Shown here piece after piece: positions 17,252 through 26,770 of a stretch of DNA of 33,569 bases (position 1 is its first letter; the number at the start of each line of letters is the position of its first letter). The notes beneath the pieces are model-generated. The model ran no database searches. It saw only the letters and a list, made by a program, of their open reading frames with translations, and was not told the DNA's origin. The translations under genes and the position numbers were made by a program. This DNA is from a virus (taxonomy: Duplodnaviria > Heunggongvirae > Uroviricota > Caudoviricetes), in the IMG/VR virus record IMGVR_UViG_3300045988_135277, positions 1 through 33,569 of that record, one strand, 5' to 3'.

Positions 17252-17879
17252 TGTACCGCTGAGTCTGAAATCTGTCAGTGACTCCGGTGAGTTTGAAGGG
17301 TATGGCTCCGTCTTTGGTGTAAAGGACAGCCACGATGATGTGGTGATGTCCGGGGCATTTGCTGCTTCCCTGCGGGCGTGGAGTGACAGAAAAGCGTTAC
17401 CTGCGCTGCTCTGGCAGCACCGCATGGATGAACCCATCGGTGTTTACACCGAAATGAAGGAAGACGATGTCGGGCTTTACGTCAGGGGACGGTTGCTTAT
17501 TGATGATGATCCCCTCGCAAAACGCGCACATGCACACATGAAGGCCGGTTCGTTAACCGGCCTTTCTATTGGGTACGTCCTGAAAGACTGGGAATACGAC
17601 CGGAGCAAAGAAGCCTTTCTGCTGAAAGAAATCGACCTCTGGGAAGTCAGCCTGGTGACGTTCCCGTCTAACGACGAGGCGCGGATCAGCGACGTCAAGA
17701 ACGCACTGGCCCGCGGGGAAATCCCCGAACAGAAAAAAATCGAAAGAGTCCTGCGTGATGTCGGACTCTCCCGTACCCAGGCCAAAGCATTCATGGCCGG
17801 GGGCTATGGCGCACTGTCCCTGCGCGACGCTGAGGATGTGGGCTCTGCACTGAATGCACTGAAAAATCTGAACTTCTAA
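17229..17879 (+). CDS. prohead protease (HK97 S78-type)
   Basis: Overlaps portal 3' end; conserved prohead-protease-like N-terminal region; ATG at 17229 preferred over track start 17193. Confidence 0.88.
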   Translation: MQTKQRLDVPLSLKSVSDSGEFEGYGSVFGVKDSHDDVVMSGAFAASLRAWSDRKALPALLWQHRMDEPIGVYTEMKEDDVGLYVRGRLLIDDDPLAKRAHAHMKAGSLTGLSIGYVLKDWEYDRSKEAFLLKEIDLWEVSLVTFPSNDEARISDVKNALARGEIPEQKKIERVLRDVGLSRTQAKAFMAGGYGALSLRDAEDVGSALNALKNLNF

Positions 17880-17893
17880 TCAGGAGAAATACG

Positions 17894-19099
17894 ATGGCGG
17901 TTGATATTAAAGATGTCGAACAGGTCGCGCAGGAGCTGCAGCAGAAGTTTGACGACTTCAAAGCAAAGAACGACAAGCGCGTGGATGCGATTGAGCAGGA
18001 AAAAGGCAAGCTTGCCGGGCAGGTGGAAACCCTGAACGGGAAACTCAGCGAGCTGGAAAACCTCAAAAGCGATCTTGAAAAAGAGCTGCTTGAGCTGAAA
18101 CGTCCGGCAGGTGGTGCGCAAAATAAACTGGCCACCGAGCATAAAGAAGCGTTTGTGGGCTTCCTGCGTAAAGGCCGTGAAGATGGTCTGCGCGATCTGG
18201 AGCGCAAGGCATTACAGGTGGGCACCGATGAAGACGGCGGCTATGCCGTGCCGGAAGCACTGGATCGCAACATTCTCACCCTGCTGAAAGATGAAGTGGT
18301 GATGCGCCAGGAAGCCACGGTGATCACCGTTGGTGGTTCCGACTACAAAAAACTGGTGAATCTGGGCGGCACGGCTTCCGGATGGGTTGGCGAGACTGAC
18401 GCGCGCTCCCAGACTGCCACCTCAAAACTGGGCCTGATTGAACCTTTCATGGGGGAAATCTACGGTAACCCGCAGGCCACCCAGAAAATGCTGGATGATG
18501 CCTTTTTCAACGTGGAAGCATGGATCAACAGCGAGCTGGCAACCGAATTTGCCGAACAGGAAGAAATTGCCTTTACCACCGGCGATGGTACCAAGAAGCC
18601 GAAAGGGTTCCTGGCGTATGAATCCACGGATGAAACCGATAAGGTCCGGGCGTTCGGCAAACTTCAGCATATTGTATCCGGCGACGCGACGGCGGTGACC
18701 GCAGACGCCATTATCAAACTGATTTACACGCTGCGTAAGGCACACCGCACCGGCGCGAAGTTCATGATGAACAACAATAGCCTGTTTGCCATCCGTCTGC
18801 TGAAAGACAGCGAGGGTAACTATCTGTGGCGTCCGGGGCTGGAGCTGGGGCAGCCGTCCTCTCTGGCGGGTTACGGTATCGCTGAAAACGAACAGATGCC
18901 GGATATCGCCGCTGATGCGAAAGCCATTGCATTTGGTAACTTCAAACGGGGTTACACCATCGTTGACCGTATCGGCACCCGCATTCTGCGTGACCCGTAC
19001 ACCAATAAACCGTTTGTCGGTTTTTATACCACCAAGCGCACCGGCGGGATGCTGGTCGATTCGCAGGCCATCAAACTGCTGAAGATTGCAGCGGCGTAA
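17894..19099 (+). CDS. major capsid protein (HK97 fold) with N-terminal coiled-coil delta domain
   Basis: 401 aa; coiled-coil N-terminus (scaffold-like) followed by capsid-like body; follows protease. Confidence 0.92.
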   Translation: MAVDIKDVEQVAQELQQKFDDFKAKNDKRVDAIEQEKGKLAGQVETLNGKLSELENLKSDLEKELLELKRPAGGAQNKLATEHKEAFVGFLRKGREDGLRDLERKALQVGTDEDGGYAVPEALDRNILTLLKDEVVMRQEATVITVGGSDYKKLVNLGGTASGWVGETDARSQTATSKLGLIEPFMGEIYGNPQATQKMLDDAFFNVEAWINSELATEFAEQEEIAFTTGDGTKKPKGFLAYESTDETDKVRAFGKLQHIVSGDATAVTADAIIKLIYTLRKAHRTGAKFMMNNNSLFAIRLLKDSEGNYLWRPGLELGQPSSLAGYGIAENEQMPDIAADAKAIAFGNFKRGYTIVDRIGTRILRDPYTNKPFVGFYTTKRTGGMLVDSQAIKLLKIAAA

Positions 19100-19106
19100 T
19101 CACTCA

Positions 19107-19126
19107 GGGGCGCGGAACCGCGCCCC
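19107..19126 (+). terminator. GC-rich stem-loop after major capsid gene
   Basis: GGGGCGCGG/CCGCGCCCC inverted repeat 8 nt after the capsid stop; no U-run, so more likely a transcript-stabilising or partial terminator hairpin. Confidence 0.35.
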
Positions 19127-19148
19127 CTGTTCTGACGGGTGAAGAATC

Positions 19149-19349
19149 ATGATCCTGAAACAAGATCTGAAATGGTCACCGGACGGTATGCGTGTTGAGG
19201 TCATTCGGGCCGGTGAGTATGACGACGGGGCGCTTCCTGCCCGGGTGCAGGAGATTGCACTTCAGGCCGGGTTAGCAGAGCGCGGAATCAGTGCAAAAAG
19301 CAGTAAAGCGGCAAAAGAGAAAAAAGCCACGACCAGTAAAGAGGGCTGA
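19149..19349 (+). CDS. small hypothetical head-module protein (66 aa)
   Basis: ORF track; between capsid and connector genes. Confidence 0.5.
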   Translation: MILKQDLKWSPDGMRVEVIRAGEYDDGALPARVQEIALQAGLAERGISAKSSKAAKEKKATTSKEG

Positions 19350-19351
19350 GT

Positions 19352-19675
19352 ATGCTTCTGACAATGGAAGAGATTAAAGCCCAACTCCGGCTGGATGAGG
19401 ATTTCGATGCTGATGACCGCCATCTGCAACTGCTGGCCTGTGCGGCGCAAAAGCGGACGGAAACGTATCTGAACCGGAAGCTCTATGCACCGGATGAAAC
19501 CATTCCGGACAGCGATCCAGACGGGCTGCACCTGCCGGATGATATTCGCCTGGGGATGCTGATGCTTATCAGCCATTTTTACGAAAACCGCTCGTCGGTT
19601 ACGGAAGTGGAGAAACTCGACATGCCGCAGAGTTTTGGCTGGCTTGTCGGCCCGTACAGGTACTTTCCGCAATGA
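19352..19675 (+). CDS. head-tail connector (gp6-like)
   Basis: 107-aa protein in conserved position after the capsid; synteny-based. Confidence 0.75.
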   Translation: MLLTMEEIKAQLRLDEDFDADDRHLQLLACAAQKRTETYLNRKLYAPDETIPDSDPDGLHLPDDIRLGMLMLISHFYENRSSVTEVEKLDMPQSFGWLVGPYRYFPQ

Positions 19676-20082
19676 AAATTCGTCAGGCGCAGACCAGCGC
19701 AACCTACATTCTGCCGGACCCCGGTGAACTGAATAAACGCGTCCTGATCCGCCAGCGGGTGGATATGCCCGCGGATAACTTTGGTGTGGAGTCTCAATAC
19801 CCGGTTACGTTCCAGACATGGGCGAAGGTTATCCAGACCAGTGCCACCACCTGGCAGGAAACCGCGCAGACCGGGGACGCCATCACCCATTACATCACCA
19901 TTCGCTACCGCCGGGGGATCACTGCTGATTATGAGGTGGTCTGTGATGACAGTGTGTACCGGGTGAAACGTCAGCGCGATCTGAACGGGGCGCGGCGCTT
20001 TCTGCTGCTGGAGTGTACGGAGCTGGGCGAATATAGGCAGAGTCATGGAGGCAACAATGACGACTTCCTTTTTGCACGTTGA
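19672..20082 (+). CDS. head-tail joining / head closure protein
   Basis: Overlapping start with the previous gene; synteny-based. Confidence 0.7.
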   Translation: MKIRQAQTSATYILPDPGELNKRVLIRQRVDMPADNFGVESQYPVTFQTWAKVIQTSATTWQETAQTGDAITHYITIRYRRGITADYEVVCDDSVYRVKRQRDLNGARRFLLLECTELGEYRQSHGGNNDDFLFAR

Positions 20083-20563
20083 TTTTCAGCAGCCCGCGGA
20101 GATGCGCTTTAACCGCGCCCGTGTCCGGCGGGCGTTTGTCACGATTGGTCAGCGTCATATGCGTGATGCCCGTCGGCTGGTGATGCGCCGTGCGCGGTCG
20201 GCACCGGGTGAAAACCCCGGTTATCAGACCGGACGCCTGGCACGTTCGATTGGGTATATGGTACCCAGAGCCAGTAAACATCGCCCTGGTTTTATGGCAC
20301 GTATAGCCCCTAACCAGCGTAATGGAGAGGGAAACCGCCGTATCACCGGTGATTTTTATCCGGCTTTTTTGTTCTATGGCGTGAGGCGAGGGGCAAAGCG
20401 TCGTCGCAGCCATCATCGTGGTGCATCCGGTGGCAGCGGCTGGCGACTGGCTCCACGTAATAACTTCATGGTGGAAACGCTTGAAAAGAACCGCAGCTGG
20501 ACACGCTATTTTCTGGCGCGGGAATTACGTAAATCACTGAAGCCGGAGCGACGACGCAGATGA
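20045..20563 (+). CDS. HK97 gp10-like neck/tail component
   Basis: ORF track; basic protein in neck module; start uncertain because of overlap with the preceding ORF. Confidence 0.65.
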   Translation: MEATMTTSFLHVDFQQPAEMRFNRARVRRAFVTIGQRHMRDARRLVMRRARSAPGENPGYQTGRLARSIGYMVPRASKHRPGFMARIAPNQRNGEGNRRITGDFYPAFLFYGVRRGAKRRRSHHRGASGGSGWRLAPRNNFMVETLEKNRSWTRYFLARELRKSLKPERRRR

Positions 20564-21120
20564 AACTGACGCCTGTTATTGCTGCGCTGCGTGCCCGCTG
20601 CCCGTATTTTGAAAACCGGGTGGCAGGCGCGGCACAGTTCAAAAATCTGCCGGAGGTCGGAAAGCTGAGACTCCCGGCGGCGTATGTGGTACCGGGTGAT
20701 GACTCTCCGGGAGAAAACAAAAGCCAGACCGACTACTGGCAGGAGCTGAAAGAGGGTTTCTCCGTGGTTGTCATACTGAGTAACGGGCGTGATGAGCGCG
20801 GTCAGTTTGCCTCGTATGATGTGGTGGACGATGTCCGGCAGATGCTCTTTAAGGCCATTCTGAGCTGGAACCCGGAAGCGTGCGGTAACCCGATTACTTA
20901 TGACGGCGGCACGCTGCTGGATCTGAATCGTCATGAGCTGATTTATCAGTTCGATTTTTCGGTCATCAGCGAGCTGACCGAAGACGATACCCGCCAGCAG
21001 GATGACCTGAACAGTCTGGATGAACTGCGAACGCTGGCGATTGATGTTGATTATCTCGATCCCGGTAACGGGCCTGACGGCGATATCGAACATCACACCG
21101 AAATAACCCTTCCTTCCTGA
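20560..21120 (+). CDS. tail completion / neck protein (186 aa)
   Basis: ORF track; overlapping start; precedes tail sheath. Confidence 0.65.
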   Translation: MKLTPVIAALRARCPYFENRVAGAAQFKNLPEVGKLRLPAAYVVPGDDSPGENKSQTDYWQELKEGFSVVVILSNGRDERGQFASYDVVDDVRQMLFKAILSWNPEACGNPITYDGGTLLDLNRHELIYQFDFSVISELTEDDTRQQDDLNSLDELRTLAIDVDYLDPGNGPDGDIEHHTEITLPS

Positions 21121-21128
21121 GAATCTTC

Positions 21129-21299
21129 ATGTTTGTGAAACCTGTTAAAGGGCGGTCAGTTCCTGACCCTGCCCGCGGCGACCTTTTGCCCGCCGAGGGG
21201 CGAAATGTTGATGAGAACAACTACTGGCTGCGCCGTGAAGCAGCGGGTGATATCCGGCGCGTGAATAAAAAGGTGAATACCGATGACGATAAGCTTTAA
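21129..21299 (+). CDS. possible small protein (56 aa) preceding tail sheath
   Basis: ATG 21129 to TAA 21297-21299; below ORF-track size cut-off; overlaps sheath start. Confidence 0.3.
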   Translation: MFVKPVKGRSVPDPARGDLLPAEGRNVDENNYWLRREAAGDIRRVNKKVNTDDDKL

Positions 21300-22779
21300 C
21301 ACCATTCCGTCGAATACGCTGGTTCCGATTTTTTATGCGGAAATGGATAACTCGGCGGCGAATACTGCACAGGACAGCGGAGCATCGCTGCTGATTGGTC
21401 ATGCCAATAACGGTGCAGAGATTGTTGCCAACAGTCTGGTGCTGATGCCATCGGCAGACTATGCACGCCAGATTTGTGGTGCGGGAAGTCAGCTGGCGCG
21501 TATGGTCGAGGCTTATCGCCAGACCGACCCGTTTGGTGAACTGTATGTGATTGCCGTTCCTGAATCCACGGGCGCGGCGGCAACAGTTACGCTGACGGTG
21601 ACCGGCGCGGCAACCGAAACCGGCACGGTGAATGTTTATGTGGGACGTACCCGCGTGCAGGCACCGGTGACCAACGGCGATAACGTCGCGACGATTGCCA
21701 GCAGTATCAAAGATGCCATCAATGCCGTTCCGACCCTGCCGTTTACTGCCTCATCTTCGGCAGGCGTGGTCACACTGACCGCGCGTCATAAGGGGCTTTG
21801 CGGGAATGAAATTCCTGTCAGCCTCAATTACTACGGCTTTGGTGGGGGCGAAGTGCTGCCAGCGGGCGTACAGATTGCCGTGGCGACGGGTACCGCCGGA
21901 ACGGGCGCTCCTGTTCTCACCGGCGCGGTGGCTGCAATGGCGGATGAGCCGTTTGATTATATCGGCCTGCCGTTCAACGACACAGCCTCCGTTAACACGC
22001 TGGTGACCGAGATGAACGATACCAGCGGTCGCTGGAGCTATGCGCGTCAGCTGTATGGTCATGTGTATACGGCAAAGATCGGCACGCTGTCAGAACTGGT
22101 GACCGCAGGTGACCAGTTTAACCAGCAGCACATTACCCTGGCGGGATACGAAAAAGAGACCCAGACGCCTGCCGACGAGCTGGCGGCAAGCCGTACCGCC
22201 CGCGCAGCGGTGTTTATTCGCAACGATCCGGCACGTCCCACGCAGACCGGTGAGCTGGTGGGTATGCTGCCTGCGCCGAAGGGGAAACGGTTCACGATGA
22301 CCGAACAACAGACCCTGCTGTCTCATGGCGTGGCAACGGCGTATGTCGAAAGCGGGGTACTGCGCATTCAGCGTGATGTCACCACGTACAGGAAAAACGC
22401 TTACGGGGTTGCGGATAACAGCTACCTCGACAGTGAGACACTGCATACCAGCGCGTATGTACTGCGCAAACTGAAATCCGTCATTACCAGTAAGTACGGG
22501 CGTCACAAGCTTGCCAGTGACGGTACCCGCTTTGGTCCCGGTCAGGCGATTGTCACCCCGGCGGTGATCAAAGGGGAACTGCTGGCAACCTACCGTCAGC
22601 TTGAGCGTGCGGGGATCGTGGAAAACTACGAACTGTTTAAGCAGTACCTGGTTGTGGAGCGTGATGCCAGCGATCCGAACCGCCTGAACACGCTGTTCCC
22701 GCCTGACTATGTTAACCAGTTGCGTGTCTTTGCCGTGGTTAACCAGTTCCGTCTTCAGTATTCAGAGGAGTCTGCATAA
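21283..22779 (+). CDS. contractile tail sheath protein (Mu gpL-like)
   Basis: 498-aa protein followed by tube, chaperone and tape-measure genes. Confidence 0.9.
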   Translation: MTISFNTIPSNTLVPIFYAEMDNSAANTAQDSGASLLIGHANNGAEIVANSLVLMPSADYARQICGAGSQLARMVEAYRQTDPFGELYVIAVPESTGAAATVTLTVTGAATETGTVNVYVGRTRVQAPVTNGDNVATIASSIKDAINAVPTLPFTASSSAGVVTLTARHKGLCGNEIPVSLNYYGFGGGEVLPAGVQIAVATGTAGTGAPVLTGAVAAMADEPFDYIGLPFNDTASVNTLVTEMNDTSGRWSYARQLYGHVYTAKIGTLSELVTAGDQFNQQHITLAGYEKETQTPADELAASRTARAAVFIRNDPARPTQTGELVGMLPAPKGKRFTMTEQQTLLSHGVATAYVESGVLRIQRDVTTYRKNAYGVADNSYLDSETLHTSAYVLRKLKSVITSKYGRHKLASDGTRFGPGQAIVTPAVIKGELLATYRQLERAGIVENYELFKQYLVVERDASDPNRLNTLFPPDYVNQLRVFAVVNQFRLQYSEESA

Positions 22780-23135
22780 TGGCCCGTATCGGGGGAACCT
22801 GTTATTTCAAAATTGACGGTCAGCAGCTATCGCTGACCGGCGGCATTGAGGTGCCCATGAACAGGACGGTCAATGATGACATCATCGGCCTGGACGGTTC
22901 AGTGGACCGCAAGGAAACTCACCGTGCGCCTTATGTCAAAGGGACCTTCAAGGTGCCGAAGAATTTTCCGGTGAGCAAAATCACCTCGTCTGATGAGATG
23001 ACCATCACTGCCGAGCTGGCAAACGGTCAGGTCTATGTACTGTCGTCTGCCTGGCTGCACGGCGAAGCGAACCATAATGCCGAAGAAGGCACGGTCGATC
23101 TTGAGTTCCACGGTGAAGAAGGGGATTACCAGTAA
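22779..23135 (+). CDS. tail tube protein (Mu gpM-like)
   Basis: 118 aa, immediately after the sheath. Confidence 0.85.
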   Translation: MARIGGTCYFKIDGQQLSLTGGIEVPMNRTVNDDIIGLDGSVDRKETHRAPYVKGTFKVPKNFPVSKITSSDEMTITAELANGQVYVLSSAWLHGEANHNAEEGTVDLEFHGEEGDYQ

Positions 23136-23404
23136 TGAAAGAGCTTGAGTTAAAGAAACCGATTACCGCTCATGGCGAGACACTCTCCGTACTGGAGTTT
23201 GATGAGCCCACCGGGAAAGATGTCCGCGAGCTGGGATATCCCTACCAGATGAATCAGGATGAGTCCGTCAGACTTCTGGCGCATGTGGTATCGAAATACA
23301 TCGTGCGGCTGGCGAAAGTGCCGCAAAGCTCTGTCGACCAGATGTCTCCGGCAGACCTGAATGCAGCGGCGTGGCTTGTGGCCGGTTTTTTCCTCCAGGC
23401 CTGA
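23135..23404 (+). CDS. tail assembly chaperone (short form)
   Basis: Between tube and tape measure; contains slippery heptamer T_TTT_TTC at 23385-23391 near its 3' end. Confidence 0.75.
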   Translation: MKELELKKPITAHGETLSVLEFDEPTGKDVRELGYPYQMNQDESVRLLAHVVSKYIVRLAKVPQSSVDQMSPADLNAAAWLVAGFFLQA

Positions 23405-23553
23405 CGGCTGAATACCTCACTGATCGCTTCTTTGACTGCGCCAGTTACTGGCGCATTAATCCCTTCGAATTGCTGAATATGCCGATCAGTGAAATTCCCT
23501 TGCTGGTCAGTCAGGCAAACAGGATAGAGCAGGAGAAACGCACACATGGCTGA
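23371..23553 (+). CDS. -1 frame extension ORF of the tail assembly chaperone (long form by programmed frameshift)
   Basis: ORF in the -1 frame overlapping the chaperone 3' end and running to the tape-measure start; canonical slippery site. Confidence 0.6.
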   Translation: MACGRFFPPGLTAEYLTDRFFDCASYWRINPFELLNMPISEIPLLVSQANRIEQEKRTHG

Positions 23554-25381
23554 ATTTGAGCTTAAGGCGTTGATCACCGGTGTCGACAGGCTTTCTCCCG
23601 CGCTGTCGAAAATGCAAAAGAAAATCCGGGGATTTAAACGCCAGGCGGAAGAAGCGTCACAGGGTGGGCTGGCGCTTGGTGGCGGACTGGCAGCGGGTCT
23701 GACGCTTTCCCTGAAATCTTATGCCGATCAGGAAAACGCCGCCACCGGGCTGAAAGTCGCCATGATGGATGCGAACGGCGAGGTTGGAAAGAGCTTTCAG
23801 GACATCAATAAACTGGCTATTGGCCTGGGTAACCAGCTACCCGGTACAACGGCTGATTTCCAGAACATGATGCAGATGCTGGTGCGTCAGGGGATCCCGG
23901 CAGAAAACATTCTTGGTGGTGTGGGTAAAGCGACAGCTTATCTTGCGGTACAACTGAAAAAAACACCGGAAGCGGCTGCTGAGTTTGCTGCAAAGATGCA
24001 GGATGCTACCGGAACGGCGTCAGAAGACATGATGGGGCTGTTCGACACTATCCAGAAGGCGTTTTATCTGGGCGTTGATGATACCAACATGTTGTCCTTC
24101 TTCACTAAAACCAGTTCTGTTCTGAAAATGGTGAATAAGGACGGTCTTCAGGCTGCACAGAGTCTTGCCCCCATCAGTGTCATGATGGATCAGATGGGGA
24201 TGAACGGGGAGTCGGCAGGTAATGCCCTGCGAAAAGTTATCCAGTCCGGATTAAGCGTTAAGAAAATCAGGGACGTCAATAAAATCATGGCCCGCCAGAA
24301 ACTCGGGGTACAGCTCGATTTTACTGATGGCAAAGGGAGTTTTGGCGGTCTTGATAACATGTTCAGGCAACTGGCAAAGCTGCGAAAACTGACCGACGTT
24401 AAGCGAACCGGTGTACTTAAGGCAATATTTGGTGATGATGCCGAAACCCTTCAGGTGGTCAATGCGCTGATCGATAAAGGAAAGGATGGCTACGATCAGA
24501 TCCAGCAGAAGATGAATAAACAGGCCAGCCTGAATAAACGTGTTCAGGCTCAGCTTGGTACGCTGTCCAACCTGTGGGAGGCAATGACGGGGACCGCAAC
24601 TAACGGCCTTGCGGCTATTGGCGGCGCATTTTCTGGTGACGCTAAAAATATCACGCAATGGCTGGGGGAGTTAGGGGAAAAATTCACGAAGTTTGCGGAT
24701 GAAAATCCCCGGGTTATTCGCGGCGTCGTCGGGCTTGCTGCCGGTCTTGCGATTCTGAAACTGGGATTGATGGGCGTTGGCGGTGCCATCAGTATTGTCA
24801 GCAGGATCATGTCGATGACGCCGATTGGCATGATTGCGACGGCGATAGCCCTGGCTGCGGGATTAATTATCACTAACTGGGATGTTGTCGGACCTTATTT
24901 TAAGAAACTCTGGGAAACCATTGGTCCTTATTTTGAGACTGGCTGGGAACTTCTTAAGAAGGTTTTTGCCTGGTCGCCGCTGGGGATGGTGATCAATAAC
25001 TGGGGACCGGTTGTTAAGTGGTTTCAGGATATGTGGGACAAGCTGAAGCCAATTATTGAGTGGTTTACCGACAGTTCCGGTGACACGGTCGATGCCATTA
25101 ACTCTGCGCAGTGGGGCGCGGGTGCTTATGATGCTTATGGGACGGGAATACCGGCGCGGGGATACACACCTTATCCGGCGGTAGATCCGGCTCAGTCAAA
25201 CAACGCCTCCGATGCCACAGGCCTGAATCCCTTCATGATTAACAAAGCTTCTGCGCCAAAAGTTGATGGTGAGATCAAGGTCTCTTTTGTGAATTCGCCT
25301 CCGGGTATGCGGGTTATGGAAACGCGATCCAGCGGTTTTGATGTCAGCCATGATGTTGGCTATACGCGCTTTGGCAGGTAA
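23546..25381 (+). CDS. tail tape measure protein
   Basis: 611 aa, Ala/Gly-rich helical segments and hydrophobic central region; follows chaperone. Confidence 0.9.
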   Translation: MAEFELKALITGVDRLSPALSKMQKKIRGFKRQAEEASQGGLALGGGLAAGLTLSLKSYADQENAATGLKVAMMDANGEVGKSFQDINKLAIGLGNQLPGTTADFQNMMQMLVRQGIPAENILGGVGKATAYLAVQLKKTPEAAAEFAAKMQDATGTASEDMMGLFDTIQKAFYLGVDDTNMLSFFTKTSSVLKMVNKDGLQAAQSLAPISVMMDQMGMNGESAGNALRKVIQSGLSVKKIRDVNKIMARQKLGVQLDFTDGKGSFGGLDNMFRQLAKLRKLTDVKRTGVLKAIFGDDAETLQVVNALIDKGKDGYDQIQQKMNKQASLNKRVQAQLGTLSNLWEAMTGTATNGLAAIGGAFSGDAKNITQWLGELGEKFTKFADENPRVIRGVVGLAAGLAILKLGLMGVGGAISIVSRIMSMTPIGMIATAIALAAGLIITNWDVVGPYFKKLWETIGPYFETGWELLKKVFAWSPLGMVINNWGPVVKWFQDMWDKLKPIIEWFTDSSGDTVDAINSAQWGAGAYDAYGTGIPARGYTPYPAVDPAQSNNASDATGLNPFMINKASAPKVDGEIKVSFVNSPPGMRVMETRSSGFDVSHDVGYTRFGR

Positions 25382-25404
25382 TGAAAAATTAATCTGTTAA
25401 TGAG

Positions 25405-25426
25405 TCCCACTCCGGTGGGATTTTTT
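25405..25426 (+). terminator. short hairpin plus T-run between tape measure and DNA-circulation genes
   Basis: TCCCAC/GTGGGA stem, loop TCCG, followed by TTTTTT. Confidence 0.45.
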
Positions 25427-25441
25427 ATGTACGGAGTTTAT

Positions 25442-26770
25442 ATGACGTGGAAAGACAGACTTCAGGACGCGTCATTTCGCGGTGTGCCGTTTAAGGTTGA
25501 AGAAGAAAGTGCGGGAACCGGTCGTCGTGTGGAAACGCACGAATACCCGAACCGCGACAAACCCTATACCGAAGACCTGGGGAAAATCACTTTCCGCCCG
25601 TCCATCACGGCTTATGTGGTGGGAGATGACTGCTTTGACCAGCGCGATCGCCTGATTGACGCGCTGAATAAACCCGGTCCCGGCACGCTTGTCCATCCGA
25701 CTTACGGTGAGCTGAAAGTCTGTGTTGACGGAGAGGTTCGGGTCAGCACATCGAAGAGTGAAGGGCGTATTGTCCGCTTTGACCTGAAGTTTGTCGAAGC
25801 GGGAGAACTCTCTTACCCCACATCAGGTGCGGCGACGGCGCAGACGCTGATGTCATCCTGTTCTGCACTGGATGACTGCATCAGTGACAGTTTCAGTAGT
25901 TTCAGTATCGATGGCGTGGCAGATTTTGTGCAGAACGACGTCGTCGGTAATGCCAGCACAATGCTTGGGTATGTTTCTGATGCGATGAAAGTGGTGGATT
26001 CTGCCGTATCGGATGCCGCCAGGCTGTTGCAGGGGGATATCTCGGTACTTCTGCCGCCGCCATCGTCAGGCAAAAATTTCGTTGAGCAGGTGCAGAAAAT
26101 GTGGCGTACCGGGAAACGCCTTTATGGTAACGCCAGCGACCTGGTCACCATGATCAAAACGCTTTCCGGTGTCAGCCTCGGCAGCGATCTGCAACCGCGC
26201 GGCGTCTGGAAAACGGACAGTAAAACCACCGCCACGGCTACGCAGCAGCGTAACGTGGTTGCCAGCACCCTTCGTACGACCGCAATCAGCGAAGCGGCGT
26301 ATGCCGTCACCCGATTGCCTGCGCCAACAACTTCCGCGGTGATGCAGAATGCCGCAGTGGGGCAGGCAACAACACCTGCGCAGAGCACTGGCTGGCCTTC
26401 CGTCACGCATCCGGCACTGAACAATGCACCGGCGGTGAAAAACACAGTTGACCTGCCGACGTGGGAAGAACTGACTGACATTCGCGACACACTGAATACG
26501 GCAATTGATAAGGAGTTGTCCCGTACAACCAGTGATGCGCTGTTTCTGGCGCTGCGCCGGGTGAAAGCAGATCTGAATGCGGATATCAACACGCGCCTTG
26601 AACAGTCTGCACGGATCATTCAGCGCACGCCGGATGAGGTTTTACCCGCGCTGGTGCTGGCGGCGACCTGGTTTGATAACGCGGCGCGTGACGCGGATAT
26701 TATCCGGCGTAATGCCATTACGCATCCCGGCTTTGTGCCGGTGATCCCTCTGAAGGTGCCAGTGCAATGA
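25442..26770 (+). CDS. DNA circulation protein (Mu gpN-like)
   Basis: Synteny after tape measure; ATG at 25442 preferred over track start 25400. Confidence 0.8.
   Translation: MTWKDRLQDASFRGVPFKVEEESAGTGRRVETHEYPNRDKPYTEDLGKITFRPSITAYVVGDDCFDQRDRLIDALNKPGPGTLVHPTYGELKVCVDGEVRVSTSKSEGRIVRFDLKFVEAGELSYPTSGAATAQTLMSSCSALDDCISDSFSSFSIDGVADFVQNDVVGNASTMLGYVSDAMKVVDSAVSDAARLLQGDISVLLPPPSSGKNFVEQVQKMWRTGKRLYGNASDLVTMIKTLSGVSLGSDLQPRGVWKTDSKTTATATQQRNVVASTLRTTAISEAAYAVTRLPAPTTSAVMQNAAVGQATTPAQSTGWPSVTHPALNNAPAVKNTVDLPTWEELTDIRDTLNTAIDKELSRTTSDALFLALRRVKADLNADINTRLEQSARIIQRTPDEVLPALVLAATWFDNAARDADIIRRNAITHPGFVPVIPLKVPVQ

Noticed and set aside
17791-18225. Antisense Ser/Arg/Pro-rich ORF (144 aa) across the protease/capsid junction
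   Set aside because: Low-complexity translation on the reverse strand of confidently assigned head genes.
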